Of a stretch of DNA of 53,699 nucleotides, positions 45,443 through 53,699 are shown one piece after another. The translations under genes were made by a program, and so were the position numbers. The first letter of the stretch is position 1, and every line of letters begins with the position of its first letter. The stretch comes from a virus (Duplodnaviria > Caudoviricetes): the IMG/VR virus record IMGVR_UViG_3300046720_000004, positions 1-53,699 of that record; one strand, written 5' to 3'. The notes under the pieces are model-generated. The model was not told the origin of the DNA. It ran no database searches and saw nothing but the letters and a program-made list of their open reading frames with translations.

Positions 45443-46279
45443 TCAGGCGGCTGCGGGCTGGCCGAGCATGAGGTCGCGGGCTTGCCGGTATTCGGCGGTG
45501 GTTCCCTGCTCGATTGGGTGGCCGAAGGCCGCCTGGAATTGCGCGGGAAGGCCGTCGGCGAAGTTGACCTGCGCAGCGGCGTCTTTCATTTCGGCGTGGG
45601 CGGCGGCCCGGTCCTCGGGGTCTTCGCCGGGCGGTACCGGAGCGGGACGGGTGGCTGGTGCCGGGGGCCGCGGGGCCGGGTCGACGCGGGTGGGGGGCTC
45701 CTCCTCGCGGGGGACCGCGGCCTGCGGTTCGGGCCGGACCGGGGTGTCCTCTTGCTCCGGCTGGGCGGAGGCCGTTGGAGCCGTGTGCGCCAGGGACCGG
45801 AGAACGACGGGGTTGAGCGAGCCGTCGTTGTAGAGGCTCAACCCGAATGCGTCGCCGAGGTTCACGGCGGCGCGCTTAAGGGCTTGAGAGTCGGCGGTCT
45901 TCATGGCCATGTCGTGGGCGTCGGCAAGGCTGGGCAGGTTCGGCGCGTCGCCCATGGCGGTTCCGTGCCAGTGTCCGAGTTCGATCCCGTTGACCTTGAC
46001 GGTCAGGACCACGGTGGCCCGGTAGATGACGGTCCATCGGCTCTTGCCGTTGGCGTTGCTCGGCTTGTGTTCGATCTGCGCGACGAGGGTCATCTCTTGC
46101 TGGTCGGTGGAGTAGCCGCCGAAGCCGAAGACGCGGATGAGGTGGCGGCGGATGTCCCAGGCTTCGACGTGCGCGAAGCCCTTGCCGTCCTTCCCGATGC
46201 GCTCAGCTCGGATGCCGCTGAGGAGGAAGTCGATCTGTTGGGGGGTGAGTCGGCCGGCAGCCGGGATGGCGGGTGTCAT
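45443..46279 (-). CDS. Rad52/Sak-family single-strand annealing protein
   Basis: HVEAWDIRRHL.RVFGFGG, A.K.A.SQALKRAA.NLGD.FGLSLY. Confidence 0.85.
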   Translation of the reverse strand: MTPAIPAAGRLTPQQIDFLLSGIRAERIGKDGKGFAHVEAWDIRRHLIRVFGFGGYSTDQQEMTLVAQIEHKPSNANGKSRWTVIYRATVVLTVKVNGIELGHWHGTAMGDAPNLPSLADAHDMAMKTADSQALKRAAVNLGDAFGLSLYNDGSLNPVVLRSLAHTAPTASAQPEQEDTPVRPEPQAAVPREEEPPTRVDPAPRPPAPATRPAPVPPGEDPEDRAAAHAEMKDAAAQVNFADGLPAQFQAAFGHPIEQGTTAEYRQARDLMLGQPAAA

Positions 46280-46351
46280 GGGTGCGTGTCTCCTGTTGTG
46301 GTGGCCCGCCGCGGCCGGGTGGTCTGGCCGCGGCGGGGTGGCCGGGTGGGG

Positions 46352-47002
46352 TCAGGCGGCGGTAGGGGTGGCGTGGTGGGTGAGGAACTGCTGGCCGATC
46401 CACTCGGAGTAGGCGGGCGGGACGGCTTGGCGGGCTTCGGTTTTGTTCATCCAGGTGCAGCCCATGGCGTCGGCGTATGCCCGCTCGCCCTTGTGCTCGA
46501 AGGCGAGCAGGCCGCGTCGGTGCCAGCAGGGCGGGAGGAGGTCGCCCCCCCCGCCCCAGGAGGTTTCGAACACGCGGTGGCGGCGGACGTTGAGGCCGAA
46601 CTGTGTGCCGCACAGCAGGTAGTCCGGGCGAAGGGCCCCGTCCCACGCGGTCTCCGGTACGTTCTCGATGACCCACGGCTGGCCGGTGGATTGCATGGCC
46701 TCACGGCCGGGGGCGAGCAGGTTTGGATGGCTGTCCCGGCTGCCGCGCCATGCCGTGACGCGGGCGAAGTGCTGGCACGGCCAGGACCCGTGGGTGAGGT
46801 CGTACTCGTGGCCGTGCTCGCGCGCGTACTCGACGGCGTCGGTCTGGATGAACGTGAACGGGTAGTTGGGTTGCGGCGCGATGTCGACGCCGGTCACGTC
46901 GAAGCCGGCGAGGTGGTAGCCCATGGAGAGTCCGCCGGCACCGCAGCAGACGTCGAGAAGCCGCAGCCCGTTGGGTGTGCGCTCAGGGAGATGGAGAATC
47001 AC
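46352..47002 (-). CDS. Orphan short C5 cytosine DNA methyltransferase
   Basis: LDVCCGAGG, GVDI, PCQ, VIENV, R.HR.FE, QAVPP. Confidence 0.85.
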   Translation of the reverse strand: MILHLPERTPNGLRLLDVCCGAGGLSMGYHLAGFDVTGVDIAPQPNYPFTFIQTDAVEYAREHGHEYDLTHGSWPCQHFARVTAWRGSRDSHPNLLAPGREAMQSTGQPWVIENVPETAWDGALRPDYLLCGTQFGLNVRRHRVFETSWGGGGDLLPPCWHRRGLLAFEHKGERAYADAMGCTWMNKTEARQAVPPAYSEWIGQQFLTHHATPTAA

Positions 47003-47156
47003 TTCCCCGCCCCCTTTAGGCCGAGCGCCTGCCATAGCGGCATGACGTCCGGGGTGCGCTTGGGTGCCTGCGGGGGGACGGCCTTCACGACGCGCACGGC
47101 GTCGGTGGGGCTCGGGGCGGTGGCGTGGCGGCCCTGCATCAGGGCGGCGGTGGGGG

Positions 47157-47522
47157 TCACGCGGCATCACCCCCGGCGTATGCCTCGCGGCGTTCCTCGG
47201 CGGTCGGCAGGTCGCCGTCGCGCACGTACCGGGTGGTGACGCCGAGCTTGGCGGCTTCCCGCACGGTCTGCTGGCATACGGCGAGAGGGGCGACGATGAG
47301 CGCGGTCTTGCCAGACAAGCGGGCCCATTCGACCTGCATGAAGCTTTTGCCGAGTCCGGTGTCTGCCCAGATGGCGGCGCGTCCGGTGCGCACGGCCCAG
47401 GTGACGATCTCTTTCTGCCAGTCGTGCAGCATCGGGTGCACCGCGCCCGGGTCGATAGTGCGTCCGAGCTCGGGGACGGCGGCGTGCTTGCAGGCGAGGA
47501 AGTCCGCGTAGGAGGTGTTCAC
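47157..47522 (-). pseudogene. Truncated SF2/SNF2-like helicase N-terminus
   Basis: Y.DFL..K, L.DWQ..IV.WA...GRAAIWADTGLGKS..Q, LIVAPLAV..QT.REA; ends before Walker B. Confidence 0.7.
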
Positions 47523-47921
47523 CGTTCCCCCTCCTGCCGCGGCTCGTCGTCGCGGTGGCCGCGGAATCCGGCGTTGAAGTCGGCGCGCTTGGTGTCGTCG
47601 GGGCCGTAGCCGAGGCGGCGGTTCAGCCACATCCGCAGGTCGTAGCTGTAGATGGCGAGGGCTGCGCCGCCGATCAGGGCGGCCAGGGCGGCCGCGAGGA
47701 TGATCAGGTCGAGGATCATGAGTCGCCTTCGGTGGGGTGCGCTTTTACGGGGGTGCGGGCCATCCAGTGGATGTCGCGGCCGAATCCGCCCGTCTTGTTG
47801 CGTGCGAGGGCGATGACCGGCAGCAGGTCGGTGTGGTCTGCCCGCAGGCACGTGTCGGTGCAGTAGCCCGATAGGTGGTCTGTTGGTGTGTCGCAGCCCT
47901 TGCGGGTGCAGGTCGGGTGGC

Positions 47922-48158
47922 TCACCGGGTCACCCCCGCCCGGCGGTCGATTTCGTCCTGCACCCGGTCGGTGGCTCTCGCGCAGACCTCGTCGATTGGG
48001 AGGTCGTAGTGCACCGCGAGGTGGATGCACCGCAGTTCCCCGGCTTGGATGTTGGCTAGGGCGTAGTCGCTGGTCAGGGCCAGGGCGGCGCTGTGCAGCG
48101 TGCCGCGGTTGGCGTCGCCCGGGCTCACGAAGGGCGGCAGGTTGTCGTAGGCGGCCAT
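47922..48158 (-). CDS. Hypothetical protein
   Basis: Coupled small ORF. Confidence 0.55.
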   Translation of the reverse strand: MAAYDNLPPFVSPGDANRGTLHSAALALTSDYALANIQAGELRCIHLAVHYDLPIDEVCARATDRVQDEIDRRAGVTR

Positions 48159-48391
48159 CACGCGGCCCCCGTGGTGTGCCGGGCGGCGCGGTCGACGCGG
48201 AGCCGGTCGAGGCCGGCGGCGTAGGCGTTGACGAGGTCGAGGGCGAGGCGGCGGGCAGGCCCGTCCGGCATGGCTCTGATCTCGGTGCGGAACCGGGTGA
48301 CGAACAGGACCGCGAGGTCGTCGAGGAGTTCCACGTCGCCCATGTCGGTCGCCACCAGCGGGGCTTCGGGGCGGTCGTCGAGGGCGGTCAC
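48158..48391 (-). CDS. Hypothetical protein
   Basis: Coupled small ORF. Confidence 0.55.
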   Translation of the reverse strand: MTALDDRPEAPLVATDMGDVELLDDLAVLFVTRFRTEIRAMPDGPARRLALDLVNAYAAGLDRLRVDRAARHTTGAA

Positions 48392-48509
48392 GTGGCACCA
48401 CCGCTCTTCGCGGCGGCCGCGGCCTGCTGCTTGGCGGCCTTGCGGCGGCGTCGGGCTGAGGACCGGCGCTCGCGGCCGGTGGGGTTCAGGCCGACCAGGT
48501 CGGGGGCGC

Positions 48510-48827
48510 TCATGCCGCGCCCCCGGTGAGCTCGGCCGTCGGCGTTCCCGCGGCGAGTCGAGCGAGGAGTTCGGGGCAGATCTCGTAGTCGGCGAGGTCG
48601 TGCAGCTGCACGTCGATCTCGTGCGGGTGGCGCGGTTCGACGTCCATGTGGTGCAGGTCCAGGACGAGGAGCGTCACCATGCGGCGGTAGGCGCCCTTGT
48701 CGCTGATGAGCACCGGCCCGTCGGTGTCGACGGGTTCGTGGTCCCACCACCAGCGGCGGTCCAACTCGTCCTCGAACTCGTCTGTCAGGTCCCACACGCG
48801 GTGGTCGGGGCTGGTCCACAGGGTCAT
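48510..48827 (-). CDS. Hypothetical protein (phiSA1p31-like)
   Basis: D.RVWDL...ED..DR.WWW. Confidence 0.55.
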   Translation of the reverse strand: MTLWTSPDHRVWDLTDEFEDELDRRWWWDHEPVDTDGPVLISDKGAYRRMVTLLVLDLHHMDVEPRHPHEIDVQLHDLADYEICPELLARLAAGTPTAELTGGAA

Positions 48828-49603
48828 GACGCGCCGTCCGTCTTGCCGGGGTCGGCTGCGGACTGGGTGGGCACGGATCCGTTGAGTGCGGCGCGTAGGG
48901 CCGGTGTGTAGATCGCCGCGGCGTTCTCGGTCTCGGACTCCTCGACCAGCGCCTCGACGGCGGCGACGCGCTGATGGAGTGCGTCCCGCTCGGCCTCGGC
49001 CTTCTGCCGCGCCTGATGTGGGGTCAGTGCACCGAATGCCACCCGCTGGAGGATGAACACGTACCGCTCGGGGGACTCGCCGACCTTGACCTCCATCTCG
49101 ATGGGGGTCTCGCTGTAGTTCGGGGCGTCGCCGAGCATGGCCCGGGCGGCTCCGACCCATTGGGCGACCGTGTCGCGGGCGGGCTCGATCTCCATGGCCA
49201 TGCCGTTGCGGAAGTCCATGGCGCGGATGCTGGTCTCGGCGAGCTGCTTTTGAATCCAGCGTTCGCGGGCTTCCTCGTCTCGGCCGCCGAGTTCCGCCTG
49301 GAGCTCGTCGCGCTCGGTCCGGACCCGATCCAGCTCGTCCAGCAGCGCGGGCACGTCCTCGCGGGCGTGGGCGATGAATCGGGCGTTGCTGTACGTCTCT
49401 CCGCCGCCGGGCTCGCCTACGAGCTGGGCGACCACGCCGTCAGACACCGTGCCTTCGCGGGTGATCCGCGGGCGGGATTCGACGACGTAGTTGCCATTGC
49501 CGTCGTAGTAGGTGCCCCAGTGGCCCGGGGTTGCGGCCTGCTCGCGGGCGCGAATTTCGGCGAGGCGCCCGTCCGTCATCGGGGTGGGGGTGGTCTCGCT
49601 CAT
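48824..49603 (-). CDS. Ead/Ea22-like phage protein
   Basis: RLAEIRAR..AATPG.W...NARFIAHAREDVPALLDE. Confidence 0.7.
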   Translation of the reverse strand: MSETTPTPMTDGRLAEIRAREQAATPGHWGTYYDGNGNYVVESRPRITREGTVSDGVVAQLVGEPGGGETYSNARFIAHAREDVPALLDELDRVRTERDELQAELGGRDEEARERWIQKQLAETSIRAMDFRNGMAMEIEPARDTVAQWVGAARAMLGDAPNYSETPIEMEVKVGESPERYVFILQRVAFGALTPHQARQKAEAERDALHQRVAAVEALVEESETENAAAIYTPALRAALNGSVPTQSAADPGKTDGAS

Positions 49604-49929
49604 GCCGCACCTGCCTCAACGTGGATTTGTGTGATGGGAGCGGCCGGCGGGGCGCAGTACCGATGCAGCGCTTCCGCGAGCAGGAGTCCGGCCTTGCTGG
49701 TGACGGTCTGCCGTGCGCCGCCGCAGCGGTCGAGGAGTTCCTCGATCTGGGCGTCGGGGTCGGCCGCGTCGGCGATGTCGGTGAGGAGGTCGGGGTTGTG
49801 TCGGGACTGGTCAACCAGGTCCCGGAGCAGGCAGCTGAAGAGGGCGCTCACGTCCAGTTCGGCGCCCAACCCGGCCGGGCTGACGTAAACCGGCAGAGCG
49901 GCCGGGACGCGGGCGGCGGGGGTACTCAT
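49600..49929 (-). CDS. Hypothetical protein
   Basis: ATGA coupling on both sides. Confidence 0.55.
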   Translation of the reverse strand: MSTPAARVPAALPVYVSPAGLGAELDVSALFSCLLRDLVDQSRHNPDLLTDIADAADPDAQIEELLDRCGGARQTVTSKAGLLLAEALHRYCAPPAAPITQIHVEAGAA

Positions 49930-50099
49930 GCCGACACCGCCGTCCGGCTGTGGTGGGCGTTGAAGTAGGCGCGGGTGTGGGCGAGGCGCCGACGGGCCCG
50001 GTCCCGCACGAGCGGGTTCCGGGAACGCAAGGCGGCAACGGCGTTCTTCTCTTCGCCGCGTGCGGCCTTGACGCTGGGGATGGTGGATGATCGAGGCAT
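49926..50099 (-). CDS. Small basic protein
   Basis: GAAGGGG RBS; MPRSSTIPSVKAARGEEK... Confidence 0.5.
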   Translation of the reverse strand: MPRSSTIPSVKAARGEEKNAVAALRSRNPLVRDRARRRLAHTRAYFNAHHSRTAVSA

Positions 50100-50184
50100 G
50101 ACCTGCCCCTTCTCTTGTTGGGATGGTGTGGGGTGGATCTAGGCCGGCTCCGGGATTAGGCCCCCGGGGTCGGCCGCAAGCCGC

Positions 50185-50406
50185 TCAGGCGGCGGGGGTG
50201 TTCGCGAAGTCGGCCGCCTCGGCGGCGAACCAAGCGCGGACCTTGGTCAGGTCGTATCGGCGGAAGCGGCCGATGTACTCGACCGGGAAGGCGTTCGGGC
50301 TGCCGGGCGGGTAGCGCCTCACGCGGTCGTCGATAAGCGAAAAGCCGACCTTGAGGGCTTCGCAAAGCTCCTGCTGCTTCAGTAGCTCTTTGGCGGGGGG
50401 CGTCAC
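50185..50406 (-). CDS. Excisionase/AlpA-like wHTH protein
   Basis: AGGAG RBS; LL.QQELCE.L.V...P..Y.GRFRRYDL..V.AW. Confidence 0.7.
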   Translation of the reverse strand: MTPPAKELLKQQELCEALKVGFSLIDDRVRRYPPGSPNAFPVEYIGRFRRYDLTKVRAWFAAEAADFANTPAA

Positions 50407-50439
50407 GGCGGTCTCCTGTCTCCTGTAGAAGTAGAAGTT

Positions 50440-50715
50440 CTAGGCGTGCGAAGGCGGGGCGTTGGCTGTGGTGCTGTCGTCGGCGAAGAGGTCGCCGAGG
50501 GGCTTGCCGACTGCGTCGGCCATGAGCTGTGCGGCGCGGTCGCTGAACTCTTCTCGCGCGCTGGAGCCGGTGGCCACGCAGAACCCGATGAGGGCCTGTG
50601 AGAGTCCGCGCCCCTCGGGGTCGATCCTTTTGGTCCTGGCGGCCATTGCAGGGATGGACAGTCCGGCCTCGCGCATGGCTTCTTTCAGGTACCGGCCGGA
50701 GTCCCGTCTGTGCAT
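50440..50715 (-). CDS. Cro-like HTH protein
   Basis: L.EAM..AGLSI..MA.RT...GLSQALIG; first gene of the leftward arm. Confidence 0.75.
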   Translation of the reverse strand: MHRRDSGRYLKEAMREAGLSIPAMAARTKRIDPEGRGLSQALIGFCVATGSSAREEFSDRAAQLMADAVGKPLGDLFADDSTTANAPPSHA

Positions 50716-50787
50716 GTGCGATCCCCTTGGTGGCGCGTGTTGCTCTTGGCCGCTTTGCTGCCGGTGTCCGGCGGTTGCGGTCTCTCC

Positions 50788-50982
50788 TTTCTACAGTAGA
50801 TGTAGAACTTGGTCAAGCCTTCTGTGCCCTGATTCGACTTGATGCACATGTGACTCAGGGTGTGCGCGCGACTCTGGAGAGTGCGGCTGCTAGGGATCGC
50901 CGTAGCGCCATCCGGTCAACCTTCTACATAAGCTTGCCTAACTAGCGGGCCTTCTACACACTTCTACATGTGGACGTAGAGG
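50788..50982. promoter_or_regulatory. Immunity region with TTCTAC/GTAGA operators and a leftward promoter
   Basis: TTCTACA-GTAGA-TGTAGAA at 50789 inside TTGACC-N17-TAGAAA (minus strand); CTTCTACA at 50921, 50951 and 50961. Confidence 0.7.
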
Positions 50983-51350
50983 TGACCGACGGCGAGCACC
51001 AGGACATCGCTGCCCTGCTTAAGCGGGTGATGGGCGAGACCGGCATGTCGCAGAGCGACATCGCTGAGCGCTCTGGTATCCACATGGCCACCCTGAATGC
51101 GTGGGTCACGCGTCGCCGCGCGCCAGGGAGGGGGCCGCGCACGGCGGAGATGCTGCGCAGCCTCGCGGGCGCCCTGCCCGGCATCACTGTCGCGGAGATT
51201 TTTGAGGCGGCCGGCCGGCGAGTCCCAGCCGGGCTAAGCCCGGAGGGGGAGCAGCGCATGCTCGCCATCTACCGGGGCCTCAGCCCCGCGCGCCAGCGGC
51301 TGGCCGATCAGGTGATGGAAACGCTCTCCACTGAGCAGCGGTCTGTCTAG
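50970..51350 (+). CDS. CI-like XRE repressor
   Basis: MSQSDIAERSGIHMATLNAW HTH; divergent from cro, upstream of int. Confidence 0.85.
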   Translation: MDVEVTDGEHQDIAALLKRVMGETGMSQSDIAERSGIHMATLNAWVTRRRAPGRGPRTAEMLRSLAGALPGITVAEIFEAAGRRVPAGLSPEGEQRMLAIYRGLSPARQRLADQVMETLSTEQRSV

Positions 51351-51463
51351 CTCGGCGGCGATTCGAGCAAAGAGTAATGCTTATATCTGATTGTGGGTCT
51401 AACCTGGGATTCCGCTGTCCTCCACCCGGCGGCCGCCGATTGCCGTTTCCGCCTGGGGGCAGC

Positions 51464-51700
51464 ATGTGTACACGTGTCCGCGTGACCGCCACGACCGTGC
51501 CCGCCTTCCGCCGGTCTGACGTCGCGATAGACCTCCCCCTGGGGCTCACTCACGGGCAGAGCCTCGTCCTGGTCCGTGCGATTCTGGCCGGGCTGGGTGC
51601 GAAGCAACCGGACCTGGGTGCAGTCTGCTGGTGTGGGGAACGGGTGCAGGTGAGCGATCCGGCTCGGCAGTACAAGGTGGAGATGCGTCATGGCGCGTAG
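51464..51700 (+). CDS. Small CxC protein between repressor and integrase
   Basis: ...VRAIL..LG..Q...GAVCWCGE; overlaps the int start. Confidence 0.55.
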   Translation: MCTRVRVTATTVPAFRRSDVAIDLPLGLTHGQSLVLVRAILAGLGAKQPDLGAVCWCGERVQVSDPARQYKVEMRHGA

Positions 51701-52934
51701 AGCGATGAACAATCCGCGGCAGATCCGCCTCAAGACGTGCGGTTGCCCGATGTGCACGGCCGAGTACCGGCCAGACGAGAAGCCGACGCGTAAGGACTGC
51801 ACCGGCACCTGGCAGGCCCGCTACAGGGACCCGTCCGGCAAGCAGTGCTCGGAGAACTTCGCCACCAAAAAGGAAGCCGAGGAGTTCCTCGATGATGTGC
51901 GCACCAGCATCCGCCGCGGTACCTACCTCGACCCGAAGCGCTCACGGATCGCGACCAGGAAGTGGCACGCCATCTGGTGGCCGCAGCAGGTCGGGGCGGC
52001 GAGCACCATGGACCGCGATGAGCGGTTGTGGCGCTGCCACATCGAACCGAAGTGGGGCGGCTGGCCTCTGATCTCCATCGGCTACATGGATGTGGTCGGA
52101 TGGGTGAGGGACCTGGAACGTCAGCTCGCGCCGTCCTCCATATATAAGGTCTTCCAGATCCTCGACCGGATGATGACCGCGGCCCGCCTGGACAAGCGGA
52201 TTTTGTCCAACCCGTGCGACGAGGTGAAGCTGCCGAAGCAGAAGAAGAAGCACCCCGCCGACCGTCGGCCGCCGACCTACGAGCAGCTTGCTCTGGTGCG
52301 GGCCGAGCTGCCGGGGTATCACCACGCGCTGCAGATCGTCGCGCAGGAGACGGGACTGAGGTGGGGCGAACTGGCGGGGCTGCGGCTGTGCAATGTCGAT
52401 CTTGGCCGAGCGCGCATCGAGGTGCGGGAGGTGCTGGAGGAGGTTGGGGGGAAGCTGACCCGGAAGGCGTACCCCAAGAGCGACGCCGGGTTGCGGACGG
52501 TGCCGCTCACGCCGCTGGCGGTGGAGGCGATCCGCGCGCACCTGGAGCAGCGCCCCGCGGTGGCGGCGCGGTCGGAGCTGGGGGACGGGATGTGCGCGAA
52601 GGAGCTGGTGTTCCGGGGGCGGAGTGGTGCGCCGCTCGGGCGGAACCACTTCAGGCGGTTGTGGGTGCAGTGCATCCAGCGGGCCGGGGTGGCGCGCAAG
52701 GTGAAGGGTGACCTCGGCCGGGTCGAGTGGTGGCCGCAGTTCCACAAGCAGCGTCACGCCTACGCGTCCCGGCTGCACGATGCCGGAGTGCCGGAGGTGG
52801 TGGTGCAGGAGATCCTCGGACACGAGCGGGGCGGTGAGGTGACTTGGCTGTACACCCACGCGGCGAAGGACACGGCCGGGCAGGTGCTGGCGGCGCTCAC
52901 CGGGCAGCACCCACCGCTACGGGCCGTGTCGTGA
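51690..52934 (+). CDS. int: Tyrosine integrase
   Basis: WQARYRDP.GKQ arm-binding domain; TGLRWGEL, PKS, HKQRH, LGH and LY catalytic residues intact. Confidence 0.95.
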   Translation: MARRAMNNPRQIRLKTCGCPMCTAEYRPDEKPTRKDCTGTWQARYRDPSGKQCSENFATKKEAEEFLDDVRTSIRRGTYLDPKRSRIATRKWHAIWWPQQVGAASTMDRDERLWRCHIEPKWGGWPLISIGYMDVVGWVRDLERQLAPSSIYKVFQILDRMMTAARLDKRILSNPCDEVKLPKQKKKHPADRRPPTYEQLALVRAELPGYHHALQIVAQETGLRWGELAGLRLCNVDLGRARIEVREVLEEVGGKLTRKAYPKSDAGLRTVPLTPLAVEAIRAHLEQRPAVAARSELGDGMCAKELVFRGRSGAPLGRNHFRRLWVQCIQRAGVARKVKGDLGRVEWWPQFHKQRHAYASRLHDAGVPEVVVQEILGHERGGEVTWLYTHAAKDTAGQVLAALTGQHPPLRAVS

Positions 52935-53061
52935 GCAGAATCCACATGGAGTCCACATCTCCACCAGGTTGGACCAAGCCGGACCAGGTTGGGTCAGGCT
53001 GGAAATTCCTGGTCACGGGGCGGCGGAAGGGTCTGACCGGCATGGTCATTTGGGTGCACCG

Positions 53062-53107
53062 TCCCTGATAAGGAAGAGGCCACAGGTTCAAGTCCTGTTA
53101 GCCCCAC
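53062..53107 (+). pseudogene. 3' half of tRNA-Ile(GAT), att core (not a full tRNA)
   Basis: TCC-CTGATAA-GGAAG-AGGCC-ACAGG-TTCAAGT-CCTGT-TAGCCCC-A; no matching 5' acceptor strand or D-arm upstream. Confidence 0.85.
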
Positions 53108-53122
53108 AAAGCGGACACTACG

Positions 53123-53165
53123 CAGGTGAGAGGCCCGGATCCCGATCTTCGGGGGCTGGGCTTTC
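53123..53165 (+). terminator. Terminator after the att core
   Basis: GGCCCGG..CCCGA-TCT-TCGGG..CTGGGC-TTT hairpin. Confidence 0.55.
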
Positions 53166-53699
53166 TGCATGGATGGATCTTGGGAGTCCACATAGAGTCC
53201 ACATCGCCGATTCGATCAGGGGTCCCCCGAACGGGTGATCAGGATGGATGGGCTCTTCCGTGCGGCCGCCGCGTGGTGCAGGGTCGTACCTCCAGGGAGG
53301 GAACGCGCTTCCGCGCCCGGTCCCTGATGCGCCCCCGCTGGACCAGTGGGGAAAAGGTGGTGGAGCTCCAGCTCCGCCGGTGGAGCCTCGACTCCACTGG
53401 CGTGCCCCCGGCCGGGAAAATCGGCCGGGGGCACTGTGCTGAATGTAGACCGCCCCAGCCCCTCCGCAATGGAGGGGCTGGGGCGGGACGCCCGGCAGGA
53501 TCCGGCGTCTAACGGTGGCGGCGCGGATGCGCAACGCGCAGTGCCACCGCTCCTGCTCCGCCGCACCTTCCTGGTCGGCGGATCCTTGCGGTCTTGCTCG
53601 GCTTAGACCAACGAACAAATGCGCAGGTAGTCACGCGAGGTTTTCGAGTGGTCGATGAACGATGTGTCCCACCGCCGGTACAGACTTTTGATCTTCGTC

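Larger units (their letters stand above)
52938..53204 (+). other. attP-like attachment site
   Basis: GA(A/G)TCCACAT pairs at 52938/52949 and 53184/53195 flank the tRNA core; four 10-bp tandem repeats at 52963-53002. Confidence 0.75.

Noticed and set aside
53030-53110. Complete tRNA-Ile gene
   Set aside because: No 5' acceptor strand (GGGGCTA) or D-arm upstream, and the anticodon stem is mismatched; only the att core is present
53216-53699. ORFs right of the att site
   Set aside because: No recognisable product, and it is unclear whether the sequence is phage or host

Overview
High-GC actinobacterial (Streptomyces-like) temperate phage sequence, mostly encoded on the minus strand. From right to left: an att site built on the 3' half of a tRNA-Ile(GAT) with arm-type repeats on BOTH sides (attP-like), a tyrosine integrase, a cI/cro switch, and an early/replication arm (Rad52-like annealase, DnaQ-like exonuclease, C5 methyltransferase, iteron-bearing initiator, DnaB with an Ala-start class 3 intein, MazG, kinase). 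At about 11.4-30.4 kb sits a ~19-kb block typical of Streptomyces conjugative plasmids/AICEs rather than phages: TraB/FtsK translocase with 8-bp clt-like repeats, Spd-like membrane proteins, two GntR/UTRA regulators with twin promoter-operators, a putative toxin-antitoxin pair, a second iteron-bearing initiator, an IS110 with a bridge-RNA-like left end, and a WhiB/HNH chimera. Further left are putative late regulators, a cassette of fibre/decoration-like proteins placed upstream of the packaging genes, two HNH nucleases, TerS, TerL and the start of the portal. The main candidate novel system is a phage that appears to carry its own TraB conjugation, plasmid-like replication and maintenance module. 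Family assignments come from motif recognition by eye, not from database searches.
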